Shown one piece after another: positions 13,100 through 25,607 of a stretch of DNA of 63,840 nt. Below the pieces are notes generated by a model. The model was given only the letters and a program-made list of their open reading frames with translations, was not told where the DNA came from and made no database searches. The stretch is from Octopus bimaculoides (taxonomy: Eukaryota). Location of the stretch: contig NC_068990.1 in NCBI RefSeq assembly GCF_001194135.2, positions 3,863,559-3,927,398 on the forward strand, given 5' to 3'. Every line of letters starts with the position of its first letter. Position 1 is the stretch's first letter. Both the position numbers and the translations under genes were made by a program.

Positions 13100-13475
13100 A
13101 GTTGTTGCTATTATTATTGTTTAAACTCCAGATTAACGAACCTATAATCAACGTTTTTCAGCCTTGTTTATGTATACAGAGACTATCTTGTCTAATATAT
13201 TCTTGTTTATTTAAGGTCAAGTGTCATTTGTGGGAGATTTTGTTGCTATCTCTAGCAATTCGTGCAATCATGTAATGGTTCCTTATCGACCTCATAGATA
13301 TAGCAGGTTAAAATTCACCCGAATCTTGTCACACTTTACAATCTTAGAAATTAAAGACACACCAGATAATGAGGACATGTATGCAATGTGCCTCAGAAAA
13401 AGATGATATAGCATTGCCTGAATGCCTTTGATCAAAAACCTAATTGGGCAAGTCTAGCATAAACCTAAACAGCAA
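13100..13475. mobile_element. Two family D repeat copies in opposite orientation
   Basis: + copy begins gttgtttaaactccagat (~13118); - copy ends ...gcctttgatcaaa...aaacctaaacagcaacaac (~13475). Confidence 0.5.
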
Positions 13476-14669
13476 CAACAACAATGGTAAGGAAAATAAT
13501 GACTCGAATACGTTGTTGTTGTAGATATTTTTGAAGTCTAAGTCATTCCTAATTAAGGAGATCTTAGATCAAAGGAATTACAGTCTTCACTCGTCTTGTT
13601 TCCTATATGAAGGTACTCTAGGTCCACATTAATTAACGTGTACTATTTTAAGACGATACGAGGAAATTTGAGGAAAACATGAGTACTCTTTCTAAGCAAT
13701 CAAATGAGCCAGCCCATGGAGGCTCCCTGGTTGCTTCAAAACAAGTACATGTATGCAAGCCATGTGCACAATGATGCGTTATGGATGTAGAATTGGACTG
13801 GAATAAAGCGGTATCTGTGAATGTAATAAATTTCTACTTCAAATAAAATTACATCTTCATTATGCAGCATGGAATAAAAAAATCCTTTCAAACAGTCTTT
13901 CATTACATTGCCAACCGGTTCTGATTATATTCTGAATAGAACACACAATACCGAATTCTTTCCAAATATACAATGCAGAATTCTTTTTGTAATCCCGTGT
14001 GATTTACCAATAAAATATTTTTCCCTTATGTATTTTGAACTAAAATAACTGATAAAAGAGTCGATAATTTCTAAAATTAAATATTCTACTTTTTCTGCAG
14101 ATATCATAGTCAAAAAGTGCATGCACTTTAATATCTATATTTAAAAGAAAACAATGTAAGGTTTATTTCAAACAAAACTAATTCAAAGATTACATACGTA
14201 ATGCGATTTAAAGATTATTGACATAAAATAAGTTGTGTAATTTTTTGGTCGAAATCTGCATTATTATTGCCTTAATTCATTGGAGCCATCGCTGTAAATT
14301 TAATTTAAAAAGATCAGTATAATTTTCAGAAAAGTTGTTCAATCTGTGTCCCTACCCCCTGCATCAATCATTTGATCTACCTTCTTACGTTTCAGTTTGC
14401 ACGTTTCATCTCTTAGGCAGGAGGGAAGGGCAGTACCCTTGACCCTTTACAATGCCTTTGAGACTGGTGCGAGGGAAAGGAATGGCACAAATTGAACTCC
14501 GCTCTAGGAAATCCAAGGAAATCAAAACGGAAAACAGATTAAGTCTATCCATGTAGATTGAGCGGGATTTGAACTAAGAATGCAATGAGCCGGAGAATAC
14601 CACAAAGCGACCGGAAAAACGTTCTTAGATTTCAAACAATCTATTTCCTTATAATGGTATTTTTTTCAT

Positions 14670-14790
14670 TACTCCGAAAGGATGTAAGGCAAAGCTGATT
14701 TCAGATTCAAACTGGGGTTTCAGAGAGTCAGAAGAAATACCGTGAGGTATTTTATCGGGCGTCAGATGATTATGTCAATTCGTTGCTCGA
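14670..14790 (-). mobile_element. Degenerate SINE family A
   Basis: ccgaaaggatgtaaggcaaagctgatttc...gaaataccgtgaggtatttt. Confidence 0.6.
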
Positions 14791-16425
14791 GAAAAACTAT
14801 TCTAAAACTTGGTAAGAGTGAAAGCAAATGATGTCTTTGGAGATAAAAAAAAATCGCTTTCAGCTCATGTGGACAATACAGCTAGAGCATCACATGTAAA
14901 TTCAAGTAAGAAAATCAATGCTTGCTGTTCAATAACAAATACAAGGAAAAACAATAATAATAAAAAATGTGTTAATGTTTATATTTGAAAATCAATTTCT
15001 ATAATTTAATGTATATATATATATATATATNNNNNNNNNNNNNNNNNNNNNNNNNNNNNNNNNNNNNNNNNNNNNNNNNNNNNNNNNNNNNNNNNNNNNN
15101 NNNNNNNNNNNNNNNNNNNNNNNNNNNNNNNNNNNNNNNNNNNNNNNNNNNNNNNNNNNNNNNNNNNNNNNNNNNNNNNNNNNNNNNNNNNNNNNNNNNN
15201 NNNNNNNNNNNNNNNNNNNNNNNNNNNNNNNNNNNNNNNNNNNNNNNNNNNNNNNNNNNNNNNNNNNNNNNNNNNNNNNNNNNNNNNNNNNNNNNNNNNN
15301 NNNNNNNNNNNNNNNNNNNNNNNNNNNNNNNNNNNNNNNNNNNNNNNNNNNNNNNNNNNNNNNNNNNNNNNNNNNNNNNNNTATATATATATATATATGC
15401 ATGTACACATTTTATGTACATATAAGTATAAACATATATATTTAAGTACAAACACACAAATATACATACATATATGCACAGCATATAAAACATAATCCAA
15501 CATCATTAGTAGTGCTCTGTACCGGCAAGGCGTATATTAACTGGGAAAGTGACAGAGAGAGTACAGTGAAATTGCAGTGAGGAGTTGAATATCCAACAAT
15601 TAGGAACTAGACTTTCTGCATATTTAAAATGGTGTTAGGGAAAAATGAAAATACCGCAGAGTTCTGCATCTTGTATGTTTGTACGACTGGCTGCAACTAA
15701 TGAGACATGCAAGAAAACATGCGCTCGCTTAGGTAGAGAGAAAAGGGCAAAGAAAGAGAAATGAAAACAGAAAGACAAGCAGAGGAGGAGTAAAAATTAA
15801 GGCGACAGTAGAGGTAAATGATAAAAGATGAAAGGTTGGGAAGAACAGGATTCATTTATGCATATCTATTCGCTCACACAAACATACACACACACATGTG
15901 GGAACGTGTATTAAGATTAGCGTTGTATATAATTTAACAGACTTACATGCAATACATGTGTATGTTTGTGAGTATACTCATATAAGTTTATCAAATTATA
16001 TTATATGCAGCACTCTTTATATTAGATGTTTATATAGATTTACCACCAACAAAAGTCTCTGACCGAGTCAGCTGGAACCACCAGTACCATTCTCGTGTCA
16101 TAGCGTGATACGAGAAAAGCAGGACATTGATCAAAGAGTTTAATAACATCTATTTAACTCTGTATATGGGAGGATGTGTGTGTACACAGAATAGCTTACG
16201 TGGGTACGGAAGTAAATGTATATGGGTACCAACACAAATAATGTTTTACTCTATAGTATGTTCTTAATTCTAGTTTTCGTCTTATTTTTCTTAATTACTC
16301 TCTTTCTCTATAAACACGCAACAGGATCCGTCCCTCATCATTCCTGTCTAACGGCTTAAAGTAACAACATGGTGTATAAAATCTGAACGAAACATAGTTT
16401 ATTTAACGAGATACTCCTTATGACA

Positions 16426-16513
16426 TCACCAGAGGAGATGCGTCTGAACCGAGGGGTGAACAGTATCCTACTCGCAAGGGTCGGTGCAGGACGCGTCGAA
16501 ACGATCGTTGTGA
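16426..16513 (+). ncRNA. Type I hammerhead ribozyme fold in a Penelope-like terminal repeat (core U4A variant)
   Basis: Stem I TCAC/GTGA; core CAGAGGA; stem II GATGCGTC/GACGCGTC; GAAA; palindromic stem III ACGATCGT; cleavage triplet GUU. Confidence 0.65.
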
Positions 16514-16546
16514 CCAGTAAAGTTTCTCGTATATTCCTATCATTTG

Positions 16547-16580
<34 letters not shown>

Positions 16581-17451
16581 NNNNNNNNNNNNNNNNNNNN
16601 NNNNNNNNNNNNNNNNNNNNNNNNNNNNNNNNNNNNNNNNNNNNNNNNNNNNNNNNNNNNNNNNNNNNNNNNNNNNNNNNNNNNNNNNNNNNNNNNNNNN
16701 NNNNNNNNNNNNNNNNNNNNNNNNNNNNNNNNNNNNNNNNNNNNNNNNNNNNNNNNNNNNNNNNNNNNNNNNNNNNNNNNNNNNNNNNNNNNNNNNNNNN
16801 NNNNNNNNNNNNNNNNNNNNNNNNNNNNNNNNNNNNNNNNNNNNNNNNNNNNNNNNNNNNNNNNNNNNNNNNNNNNNNNNNNNNNNNNNNNNNNNNNNNN
16901 NNNNNNNNNNNNNNNNNNNNNNNNNNNNNNNNNNNNNNNNNNNNNNNNNNNNNNNNNNNNNNNNNNNNNNNNNNNNNNNNNNNNNNNNNNNNNNNNNNNN
17001 NNNNNNNNNNNNNNNNNNNNNNNNNNNNNNNNNNNNNNNNNNNNNNNNNNNNNNNNNNNNNNNNNNNNNNNNNNNNNNNNNNNNNNNNNNNNNNNNNNNN
17101 NNNNNNNNNNNNNNNNNNNNNNNNNNNNNNNNNNNNNNNNNNNNNNNNNNNNNNNNNNNNNNNNNNNNNNNNNNNNNNNNNNNNNNNNNNNNNNNNNNNN
17201 NNNNNNNNNNNNNNNNNNNNNNNNNNNNNNNNNNNNNNNNNNNNNNNNNNNNNNNNNNNNNNNNNNNNNNNNNNNNNNNNNNNNNNNNNNNNNNNNNNNN
17301 NNNNNNNNNNNNNNNNNNNNNNNNNNNNNNNNNNNNNNNNNNNNNNNNNNNNNNNNNNNNNNNNNNNNNNNNNNNNNNNNNNNNNNNNNNNNNNNNNNNN
17401 NNNNNNNNNNNNNNNNNNNNNNNNNNNNNNNNNNNNNNNNNNNNNNNNNNN

Positions 17452-17503
<52 letters not shown>

Positions 17504-17537
17504 TATATACCCGTAACATATTAACCGATGCATAGGT

Positions 17538-17975
17538 TTATTTTGCTTTGAGGGAGTGACTTCTGCCTCGTAGATAATCGCTTCAGTATTGCATATATGA
17601 TTAAGGAGAACATTTTTGCAGTTATGTGTACAGAGATATTCAAGTTTAATTTGTTCAGTCTTCTTTTGGTTTCGTTTAGTTGGATTTGTTTTGATTTGAA
17701 GGAGTGACTTCTACCTCGTTGATAATCACTTCAGTACTGCATATATAATTAAGGAGCACATTTTTGTAATTATGCGTATACAGATATTCACATTTAATTC
17801 GTTTAGTCTTCTTTTGGTTTCGTTCAGATGGATTTATTTTGATTGGAGGGAGTGACTTCTACTTCGTAGATAATCGCTTTAGTGTTGCATATATGATTAA
17901 GGAGCGTAGTTTTGTATTTATGCGTACACGGATATTCTCGTTTAATCTGTTTAACCTGCTTCTTTATTGTTCGCA
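17538..17975. repeat. Three diverged copies of a 148-bp tandem repeat
   Basis: GGAGTGACTTCT anchor at 17553, 17701 and 17849 (period 148). Confidence 0.95.
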
Positions 17976-19083
17976 GAATGGATGCTGCTGTTACTCTGCT
18001 TACCTTTATTACTGTTAAATAGTTTTTATCGGTCACTGATATTTATGAAAGCAAACTGAATAGGCACTATGGGGACGTATGCTTCTGCGTAGGATTTTTA
18101 AAATGAGTGAGTAATTAAATGGCTTTCTAGAGTTGCAGTCAAATCGCTTGTGGTTGATAGAAGATATGGACTGAGTGAGACTAGAAGCTGGGGAATAGAA
18201 GAGTTTGATAAAATTGGTGTTGAAAATGGAATAGTGTTGGAATGTTTTTGACTGTTACCACACTTATTGCAAACACTTATAGTTTGCATAGCATTTTATG
18301 CCAGATAATTTTCATTTCTGCTCTTATTCTTAGGGATGTATTTGATCAGTTCTTTGAAACTGCTTTGTGTCAGGACATCGTTGTGTAAGCGTTTCTATTG
18401 AAGCAGGCCTCGTTGCGTGATAGTTTGAAGAATTTGAAAGAGATGCTTTTGTGTAGGCTTTTGATAAAGGGTTGTAGGATATTTGTAAGTTTTATGTTAT
18501 TATATTAGACTTTTTGTAACGTGCATAAATGGAGATATTGAGCTCTAGTGTGAAACTTAAGAAATTCACCGTTGGTATTCATAAAGATTTTCTGGCCGAT
18601 TTTCAGTAAGGATGTGAATTATTTCCTTCGTTTGTCCGTGGGCCTGGAATTGTTCTTGATGAAGACAAAACTATCATTTTTGTTGAGGTTTCTTTCGGTA
18701 AAAGGAGAATTCTTTTTAACAGGTTGCAACAAAAATAGTGTAATAAGAATATTCTCACATAGGATGGTCGGACAGAAAACTTCTTAATTCTTATATTATC
18801 AGTAGTATGGTACTAGAGTCTTTCAGTTATATAAACTAATACTACAATGTACTGAAATCGGTATGAAGCTGTTTCTGTGCAAGATCTTTTTAATAAAGAT
18901 TTCTTATATAATTGACAAGTAGTAATTATTGACATAAACTTTGGCGAATGACTACTTGTCTTCTCTATTTTTGTTTCATTGATCTGGGCCTTTCAATCAC
19001 AGCACCATTAATATTCCATAAAATTAAGCATGAGGCATGTTTGATATTTTGTATAATATTGTTCAAGTTTTCATTGTTGATTT

Positions 19084-19572
19084 TGTGAAAAGCATGACGT
19101 TCGAAGGTCCAATCATACAACTTTCAGCGACTGAACTTGTGTTTTGTTAACTGTCATGGCGAAGCTGAGTTTGAGAGGGAACTGAAGTCTCCGCATACGT
19201 TAGGAGCAGTTTATTGGGGTTAGCGAAATTTTCGGAATAAAAACAGTATTGTTTTTGCCGTCCCGTGATAATTTGGGCTTCAGTGAGGTAGTCCATCATT
19301 TGTTTGACTACAAGGTGAGTACTATTGCATAGTATGGGTGCGTTTAGATTGTGTAAGAGGATAACAAGGCAACCGATTTTTAAGAACAGTTCATGGAGAG
19401 GGAGTCCTGGAGGAGGTTGGGATTTGAGAAGTTCTGTTGGAAAGTGTGTAACCTGATCGAGGTCGGTAACGCTGTCAACTGATCTGTAAGAACGTTCTTG
19501 AGAAGATAACTTACTGAGTAATTCGGAGTTAAGAGTGGTGGCAGCTGCATTTGTAGGTGCAAGAACAGCTCT
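19084..19572 (-). mobile_element. Helitron PIF1 helicase C-terminal pseudogene fragment
   Basis: RAVLAPTNAAATTLNSELLSKLSSQERSYRSVDSVTDLDQVTHFPTELLKSQPPPGLPLHELFLKIGCLVILLHNLNAPILCNSTHLVVKQMMDYLTEAQIITGR; frameshift; then FIPKISLTP...RRLQFPLKLSFAMTVNKTQVQSLKVV. Confidence 0.9.
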
Positions 19573-20062
19573 GCGCTAACGTGCAAATATCGGCAGTTTA
19601 CAGTGAATGAGTATTGTAAAAACTGTATAACTGTCACAACTTTGTATGAGGAAAAGCAGAGACTATACATAATATAGATTAATTTCTGAAGGCATTTAAA
19701 AATAATTAAACGTTGATTTAGGTTGCATGGCTACCTCAAGGAAGTGCTAATGTGCAGATATCGGAGGTCTGCAGTGGATGGACATTTTAAAAACTGTAAT
19801 AGAAGACGAAGTGAAAGTAGCATAAGTACGTCATCAAAAGTAATGTCCCTTGAAGCAACGATCGTTGGTATTTGTTATTTACCTAAGAAAAGGTGTTTTC
19901 ATCTCCTAGAAACAGCATTACACATTATGTGGAAAATGTGAAGAGTTTATGACCATCTCTGGAACATAAATGATGTGTACTCCGCGTGAACGAAATGGAT
20001 CAATAATATTGACTTTAAAGAGGAACGAGAAAAAGGCCTATACGCACGCATACGCACACACA

Positions 20063-20101
<39 letters not shown>

Positions 20102-20538
20102 GCACACACATCTTCCGTTTTGTTATGTATAAGATTTTAACTCTTTCAATTTCGTAAAAAGATATAGATATAAATGTAGTTATTCCAAGACGGTTGATTG
20201 TGAGAGTTGTTAAAGCCTTTGCTTGGATAGCCTGTGGCATGTGTTTCGGGCCTCTTCCTTCTGCAATTGCCGAGTTGCCGAGTTGCGGCATTACGCTTTC
20301 CTTCAACAACATGGGTCACAGGGAAATGGAAGAATACATAGTGAAATGCTCGCCTTCCGCTCCTTAAGCTTGCATCCTGGCAAGAAATTTACAGATACAA
20401 ATACGCGGACCATCTACAACAAACATTCACACACACTCACACGCACACTCACACACGACCATTTATATATATATATACATTCATATATATATGTGTATAT
20501 ATATATATATATTATGTATATATATATATCATATATAT

Positions 20539-20608
<70 letters not shown>

Positions 20609-20696
20609 GAGAATATACAAATAATAACAACAGACGAGGACAGGTGGTGTAAATAACAAAAGGATATATTAGTATGACGCTCGGGAATACGGAAAG

Positions 20697-20733
20697 TCTT
20701 TGACGTTTCGAGCTACGCTCTTCAACAGAAAGA
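20697..20733 (-). ncRNA. Minimal type I hammerhead ribozyme fold (core A6U variant) in a Penelope-like repeat (20630-20765)
   Basis: Minus strand TCTTT CTGTTGA A GAGC GTA GCTC GAAA CG TC AAAGA: 5-bp stem I, stem II GAGC/GCTC, palindromic ACGT stem III, GUC cleavage site. Confidence 0.65.
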
Positions 20734-21593
20734 ATACGGAGACAAGGAGAAAAACACGGAGAAAAAAATATATATATATATATATATATATACGTGTACA
20801 TCCTCACGCACACGTGTGTGCACTCACACACGTATATATACATGCAGACTGACTTACATACAATTATGTGTATATCTGTGTGCCTGTGTGCCTGCCTACG
20901 TGTATGCATTCGTGCATATGTATGCGTAGGCAAGTGAAAATCTTAGCATGCAACGCTAAAATGCCGCAAGCGTAAATTTAAATCGAGGCTTTTCATCATA
21001 TTGAATATCATTTACATCTTTTTGCATAGCAACTGATAGGATATGTTAGTCTGTACTGCGTTGGATTTTACTGGAAAAGTATAAAGACAGAAGAAAGTAA
21101 TGCTCTAATCTCTCTCTCCGCCTACAGATATTGTTGGCAGTTTCCTGAATGATGTTGTAAACAATCTCTAATAATATGTTATCAAAAGTCAGTGCTACCA
21201 GTGAATAATATATATTTAATGTATAGATTATATTTGAACTCTATGCTATATTCTATGCAATGTACTTCATTTAACAAAAGAAACAAGCTGAGAAATATGC
21301 AATGCTGGTATTCATATTCTTTTCACACAAATGTAAATGCAAAATGATGCAGCACAAATACACAGACACACATGTGCAGTATAGAGTGGATTAATAAAAA
21401 CCGATAAACGCATGTAATATACCTTTCTGTCATTATGTGTATGGGACTATGTGTATTTATGTGCGTGCATGTATATATATATATGTATATGCAAGTGAGT
21501 GGACAAACGAAAGACAGGCACTCAACAAATTCATTTGGAGTTACATGTATGGATCAAAACAGTTTTCATTCATACATACATACATATATATAT

Positions 21594-21637
<44 letters not shown>

Positions 21638-21701
21638 TTAGGTTTCCAATGTCTTATTATCATACGTTATCATTTGCGCATCATTTGCTTATATACGTAT
21701 C

Positions 21702-21736
<35 letters not shown>

Positions 21737-21841
21737 TGATAGAAAGAGTAAGACAACAAAAGAAAGAAAGATACCTCGGTATTATGTAAATAGAGGAATT
21801 TATCTGTAAATAGTAAATAACATGTGACAATTATTCGGTAG

Positions 21842-21908
21842 CCATGATAAACTCCGAGTTTCGGATGTCGGGGCGGAAACACACGCCGCCATCTCTTCAG
21901 TTATCTGG
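21842..21908 (-). ncRNA. Degenerate hammerhead ribozyme fold in a Penelope-like remnant
   Basis: Minus strand CCAGATAA CTGAAGA GATG-GCGG...CCGC...CATCC GAAA CTCGGAG T TTATCATGG. Intact CUGANGA and GAAA, but the cleavage-site nucleotide appears deleted. The flank recurs inverted at ~22100-22140. Confidence 0.55.
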
Positions 21909-22140
21909 CCATCGAAAACATGCTATGAAAATGACCGTTAAAAAAAGGAAAATTACTGTGTGATTGATCGTTATTAAGACAACAGAGCTATTAGAATGAT
22001 CGCTAAGTGAAGGGAGGGAATAAAGGTAAGGGAGCAAAAATGTTCATAGTATTCGCGTAAGCACGCCAGTCCATACATACACATGCGCGCACGCACATGT
22101 TTTATCATGGCTACCGAATAATTGTCACATATTATTTACA

Positions 22141-22177
<37 letters not shown>

Positions 22178-23245
22178 CAGATCACCTACGGATAATTGCG
22201 TGTAAATATTGAGTTTAAAAATTCCTTTGAATGGAGGAAGTTAAAACTGCTCGAGTGACTTGAACTAACATTACTCATAAACAGGGCATGTATTCTACCA
22301 TTGGAGTAAAGCAATCCTTCGAATTACGCTGTCCATTTCAGAAATCTTATTCTTACTATATATGTGTATGTATGTATGTATGTATGCATGTATGTATGTA
22401 TGGATGGATGGATGGATGGATGGATGGATGGATGGATAGATGGATGGATGGATATCTTTAGCTCTCTCTCTGGCCTACAATCTAGTCGTATGAATTTACA
22501 CAGCGATGATGAATGTTACACTAGCTACTAAATATAAATTATAAATTCGTGAATTATTGAAACCTTTTCATTTGAAGAGGGAATAGACACAAACACCTGG
22601 CGGCGATCGCCACCGACTCCAAATAATCTGAAAGAATCAAGAACTGTCTTGAATTTACATTTCTTTCAAAATATGGTTTGCTTTTTATGAGGACAAGAGA
22701 AAATCTGTGCATGTGTTTTAAATCTTTAATATACGTGGTCAGCTTAGCAATCTTATCGGTATGTCAAAACCAAAAGAAGCTGAAAAATAGAAGTTTCTAG
22801 AAGCACTACTTTGTTTCAGGAATCAGACATTCTGATAAGAACGTTTCTTAATCAAATAGACTGATTAGAGAAGCACACGAAGCAACATTTGTAGTAAGCA
22901 GTAGAGTTAGATTAAACAGTTAAGTCAATTTGATAATTTGCTGATTAAGTATTTTTATTAAATAGCTTTCTGTATCGAAGACTGGAATGAGAAATATTTA
23001 TACATTGAGGCTAGCATCTGTTTTAGAAATGTCAAATACGATCTTTAACAAGAGAGGTTTGAACCAAACGACATTACAGAATATCGTTTTAATAGTAGAT
23101 GTCAGAAGGTTTGCAGTGAATACTATTTTATCTGTGAGTTTGCTTGCTTCTTGTGGTATATTGTAGTAAAGGCTTGCATTGTAGAAGATTTCGTTAATCG
23201 ACGACAGGTTAGAGAATATTCTATCGATATTAGTTATCAGTATCT

Positions 23246-23461
23246 AAGCTGTGAACTGGCAGAATCGTTAACACGCCGATTAAAATGCTTAGCGGCATTT
23301 CGTCCGTCTTTACGTTCTGAGTTCAAATTCGGCCGAGGTCGACTTTGCGTTTCATCCTTTTGGGGTGGATAAAATAAGTACCAGTTGATCACTGGGGTCG
23401 ATGTAATCAACTTTTCCCCTCGGCCGAAATTGCTGGCTTTGTGCCAAAATTTGAAATCATT
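23246..23461 (+). mobile_element. SINE family A
   Basis: A-box, B-box, core and tail gtgccaaaatttgaaatcatt. Confidence 0.9.
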
Positions 23462-23499
23462 AATAATCACAATCTATGTGGCACATTTATAGTTTTGAT

Positions 23500-24400
23500 A
23501 ATGCAGTCTTTATACTTCAGAATAATATCGCTTTTGCAATGTGGCTCTCCATTCATGACACAACCAAATTGCATTCAGCTGCATCTAACTGACCTGCATG
23601 TTCTCCCGATGACCTCTTGTATTGCCAATAACAATTTGAAACTCAAAAGTAAGTGCAGTCTCCAAGCCACACGGGTAACTCCTGACATATATATTCTTTG
23701 CTTAAACCACATTTTTAAGTTTAAGAATCATGTTAAAAATTTGTGCCTGGCAAAATTTCTCTATAATGAGCCTGACTCTTCAAGTTACAAAATATAGCCG
23801 CAGAAACCGAGGCTTTTCATTAGAGAAAGGGCAGAAGTGAACCAAATTGTGATGTATTTGTTCTTGTACTTTTAAAGTCGATACGAATTCCCTTTCTCGA
23901 ATGATGTTTACTCGAAAGGAAACCATTTGGAAAGCAAATTTATATTCTCTGATCGTCTTCAAAAAGACGCAAGTATTCATCAGTAGAATCATTAAAAACC
24001 TGTTATAGGTGCTCTGCTGGATCAGGAACAATTGATAGATTAACTTATTATGAGAACAACACATTGCTTGCATTTGCATTTTGTTTCCACTTCTTGGCCA
24101 ATAACTTGTCAAAATTATTGGGCATGTTACCAATTGAAACATTTGTTTTTAGAAGCATCGTCCTATCTGGGATGATGGGTGAAAGCATTGCTATTCCATA
24201 ATTTATGTATTATATGGCTGGGATCTAGCCTCTGCTTATCTTCATTGAGCTATTTTGCTTAGTCTGGCATGTTTCATGGTGTCCATGTAAGCAATCTGAC
24301 AGCAGTCTGTTGTAGGCGAGCCTTGGGTTATCATATGCCTCCAGTTGTCTATGGACAGCCTGTCTGGGAGTATTCTGTTTACAAGTGTCACCTACATTGT
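23500..24400 (-). mobile_element. Highly decayed Ty3/Gypsy-like pol (RT/RNase H) remnant
   Basis: Collinear weak matches on the minus strand: FDKLLAKKWK (~LNKLLKK..KW), NDSTDEY (~SDASEY), ICFPNG..KHHSR..NTSQ (~HKFPDG..AHASR..NYSQ); many stops and frameshifts. Confidence 0.4.
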
Positions 24401-25034
24401 CAATTTCTATTTTTCTGCAAGCTGCGTTCCAGGCAGCATTATTCTGAAGTCGCTGTTGTCACAGTTCAATTATTTCTGATGTTTCCAGAGCGCACTTGCA
24501 TTTGGCAGCAGAGGATGTTGTAAGTAGGGTACATCTTTTTTGTGGCATTATTGATGGAAAGAAATCATTAAAAGATCAGTTTTTATCAAGTGTCGTGTCC
24601 TGTTATACCACGGAAGAAAAAACTTTCCACATTCAAGAACACTCAGGAAGCTACGCAAATGTTGAAGTTATAGAATGAAATTATCAATGTCTGCCTCTGA
24701 CCTGTGGCTATAAGTTAATGAGAAATAGTAAAAATGTGAGAAGATAAAGGAATCGATTGACAAAACACATGGAAAAGTAAACAAAGATAGTATTTTTGTG
24801 ACATTTTTTAATAAAATAACCTGATGCCAAAAGTTCAAAGAGTCTGGCATTTTTTTATACGGAGTAGTATGTGTTGAGAGAAAGAGAGAGAAGGGAGACA
24901 GAGAGTGAGTGAGTGAGTGAGTGAGTGAAAGAGGGAGAGAGAGTGAGAAAGAGAAATTGCTGTCACTGAAAAAAATGTAGTAGAGTAGTGAGAGAAAGGA
25001 AAAGAGATGAATAAATGAAAAAAACATAAAATAT

Positions 25035-25037
<3 letters not shown>

Positions 25038-25080
<43 letters not shown>

Positions 25081-25239
25081 GGAGGGAGAGAGAGAGGGAG
25101 AGAGAGAGNNNNNNNNNNNNNNNNNNNNNNNNNNNNNNNNNAGAGAGAGGGGGGGGGCGTTTGTATGAATTAGGAGTCACTGAGGAAAACGAAATTTGTA
25201 AGAGAGAATAAAAGAAGGAGACATAGAAAAAGATATCGA

Positions 25240-25281
<42 letters not shown>

Positions 25282-25311
25282 GGGGAGAGAGAGAGAGAGA
25301 CGGAGAGAGAG

Positions 25312-25346
<35 letters not shown>
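25038..25346. repeat. (GA)n microsatellite tracts around a small gap
   Basis: Direct sequence. Confidence 0.95.
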
Positions 25347-25515
25347 ATATGATACATTTAAAAGAATGGGGAATAGGACAAGAGGTGGCACAGAATCAAA
25401 CAGGAGATATTTGAGGAGACATAAATGATTCTTAGATAAAAAAAAGAAAAAAATACGCTTTTATTGTGTCTTTACGGTGAACTTATAAACTCCGGACAAT
25501 ATAACTATATATATG

Positions 25516-25554
25516 AAGGCGACGAACTGGTAGAATCGTTAACACGCCCGGCAA
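25516..25554 (+). mobile_element. SINE family A head fragment
   Basis: aaggcgacgaactggtagaatcgttaacacgcccggcaaatg. Confidence 0.7.
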
Positions 25555-25571
25555 ATGTAAATAATGTACAC

Positions 25572-25607
<36 letters not shown>

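Noticed and set aside
17538-17975. 148-bp repeats as a zinc-finger array or CRISPR-like array
   Set aside because: The period is not a multiple of 3, frames contain stops, and whole units repeat with no unique spacers; the context is eukaryotic.
20161-20375. Open frame [43 protein letters not shown]...
   Set aside because: No good splice sites, no recognisable domain, and an upstream in-frame stop.
21100-21180. Strong branch point, polypyrimidine tract and CAG acceptor at ~21128 (similar at 34136)
   Set aside because: All three frames close within about 15 codons; at most a non-coding or cryptic exon.
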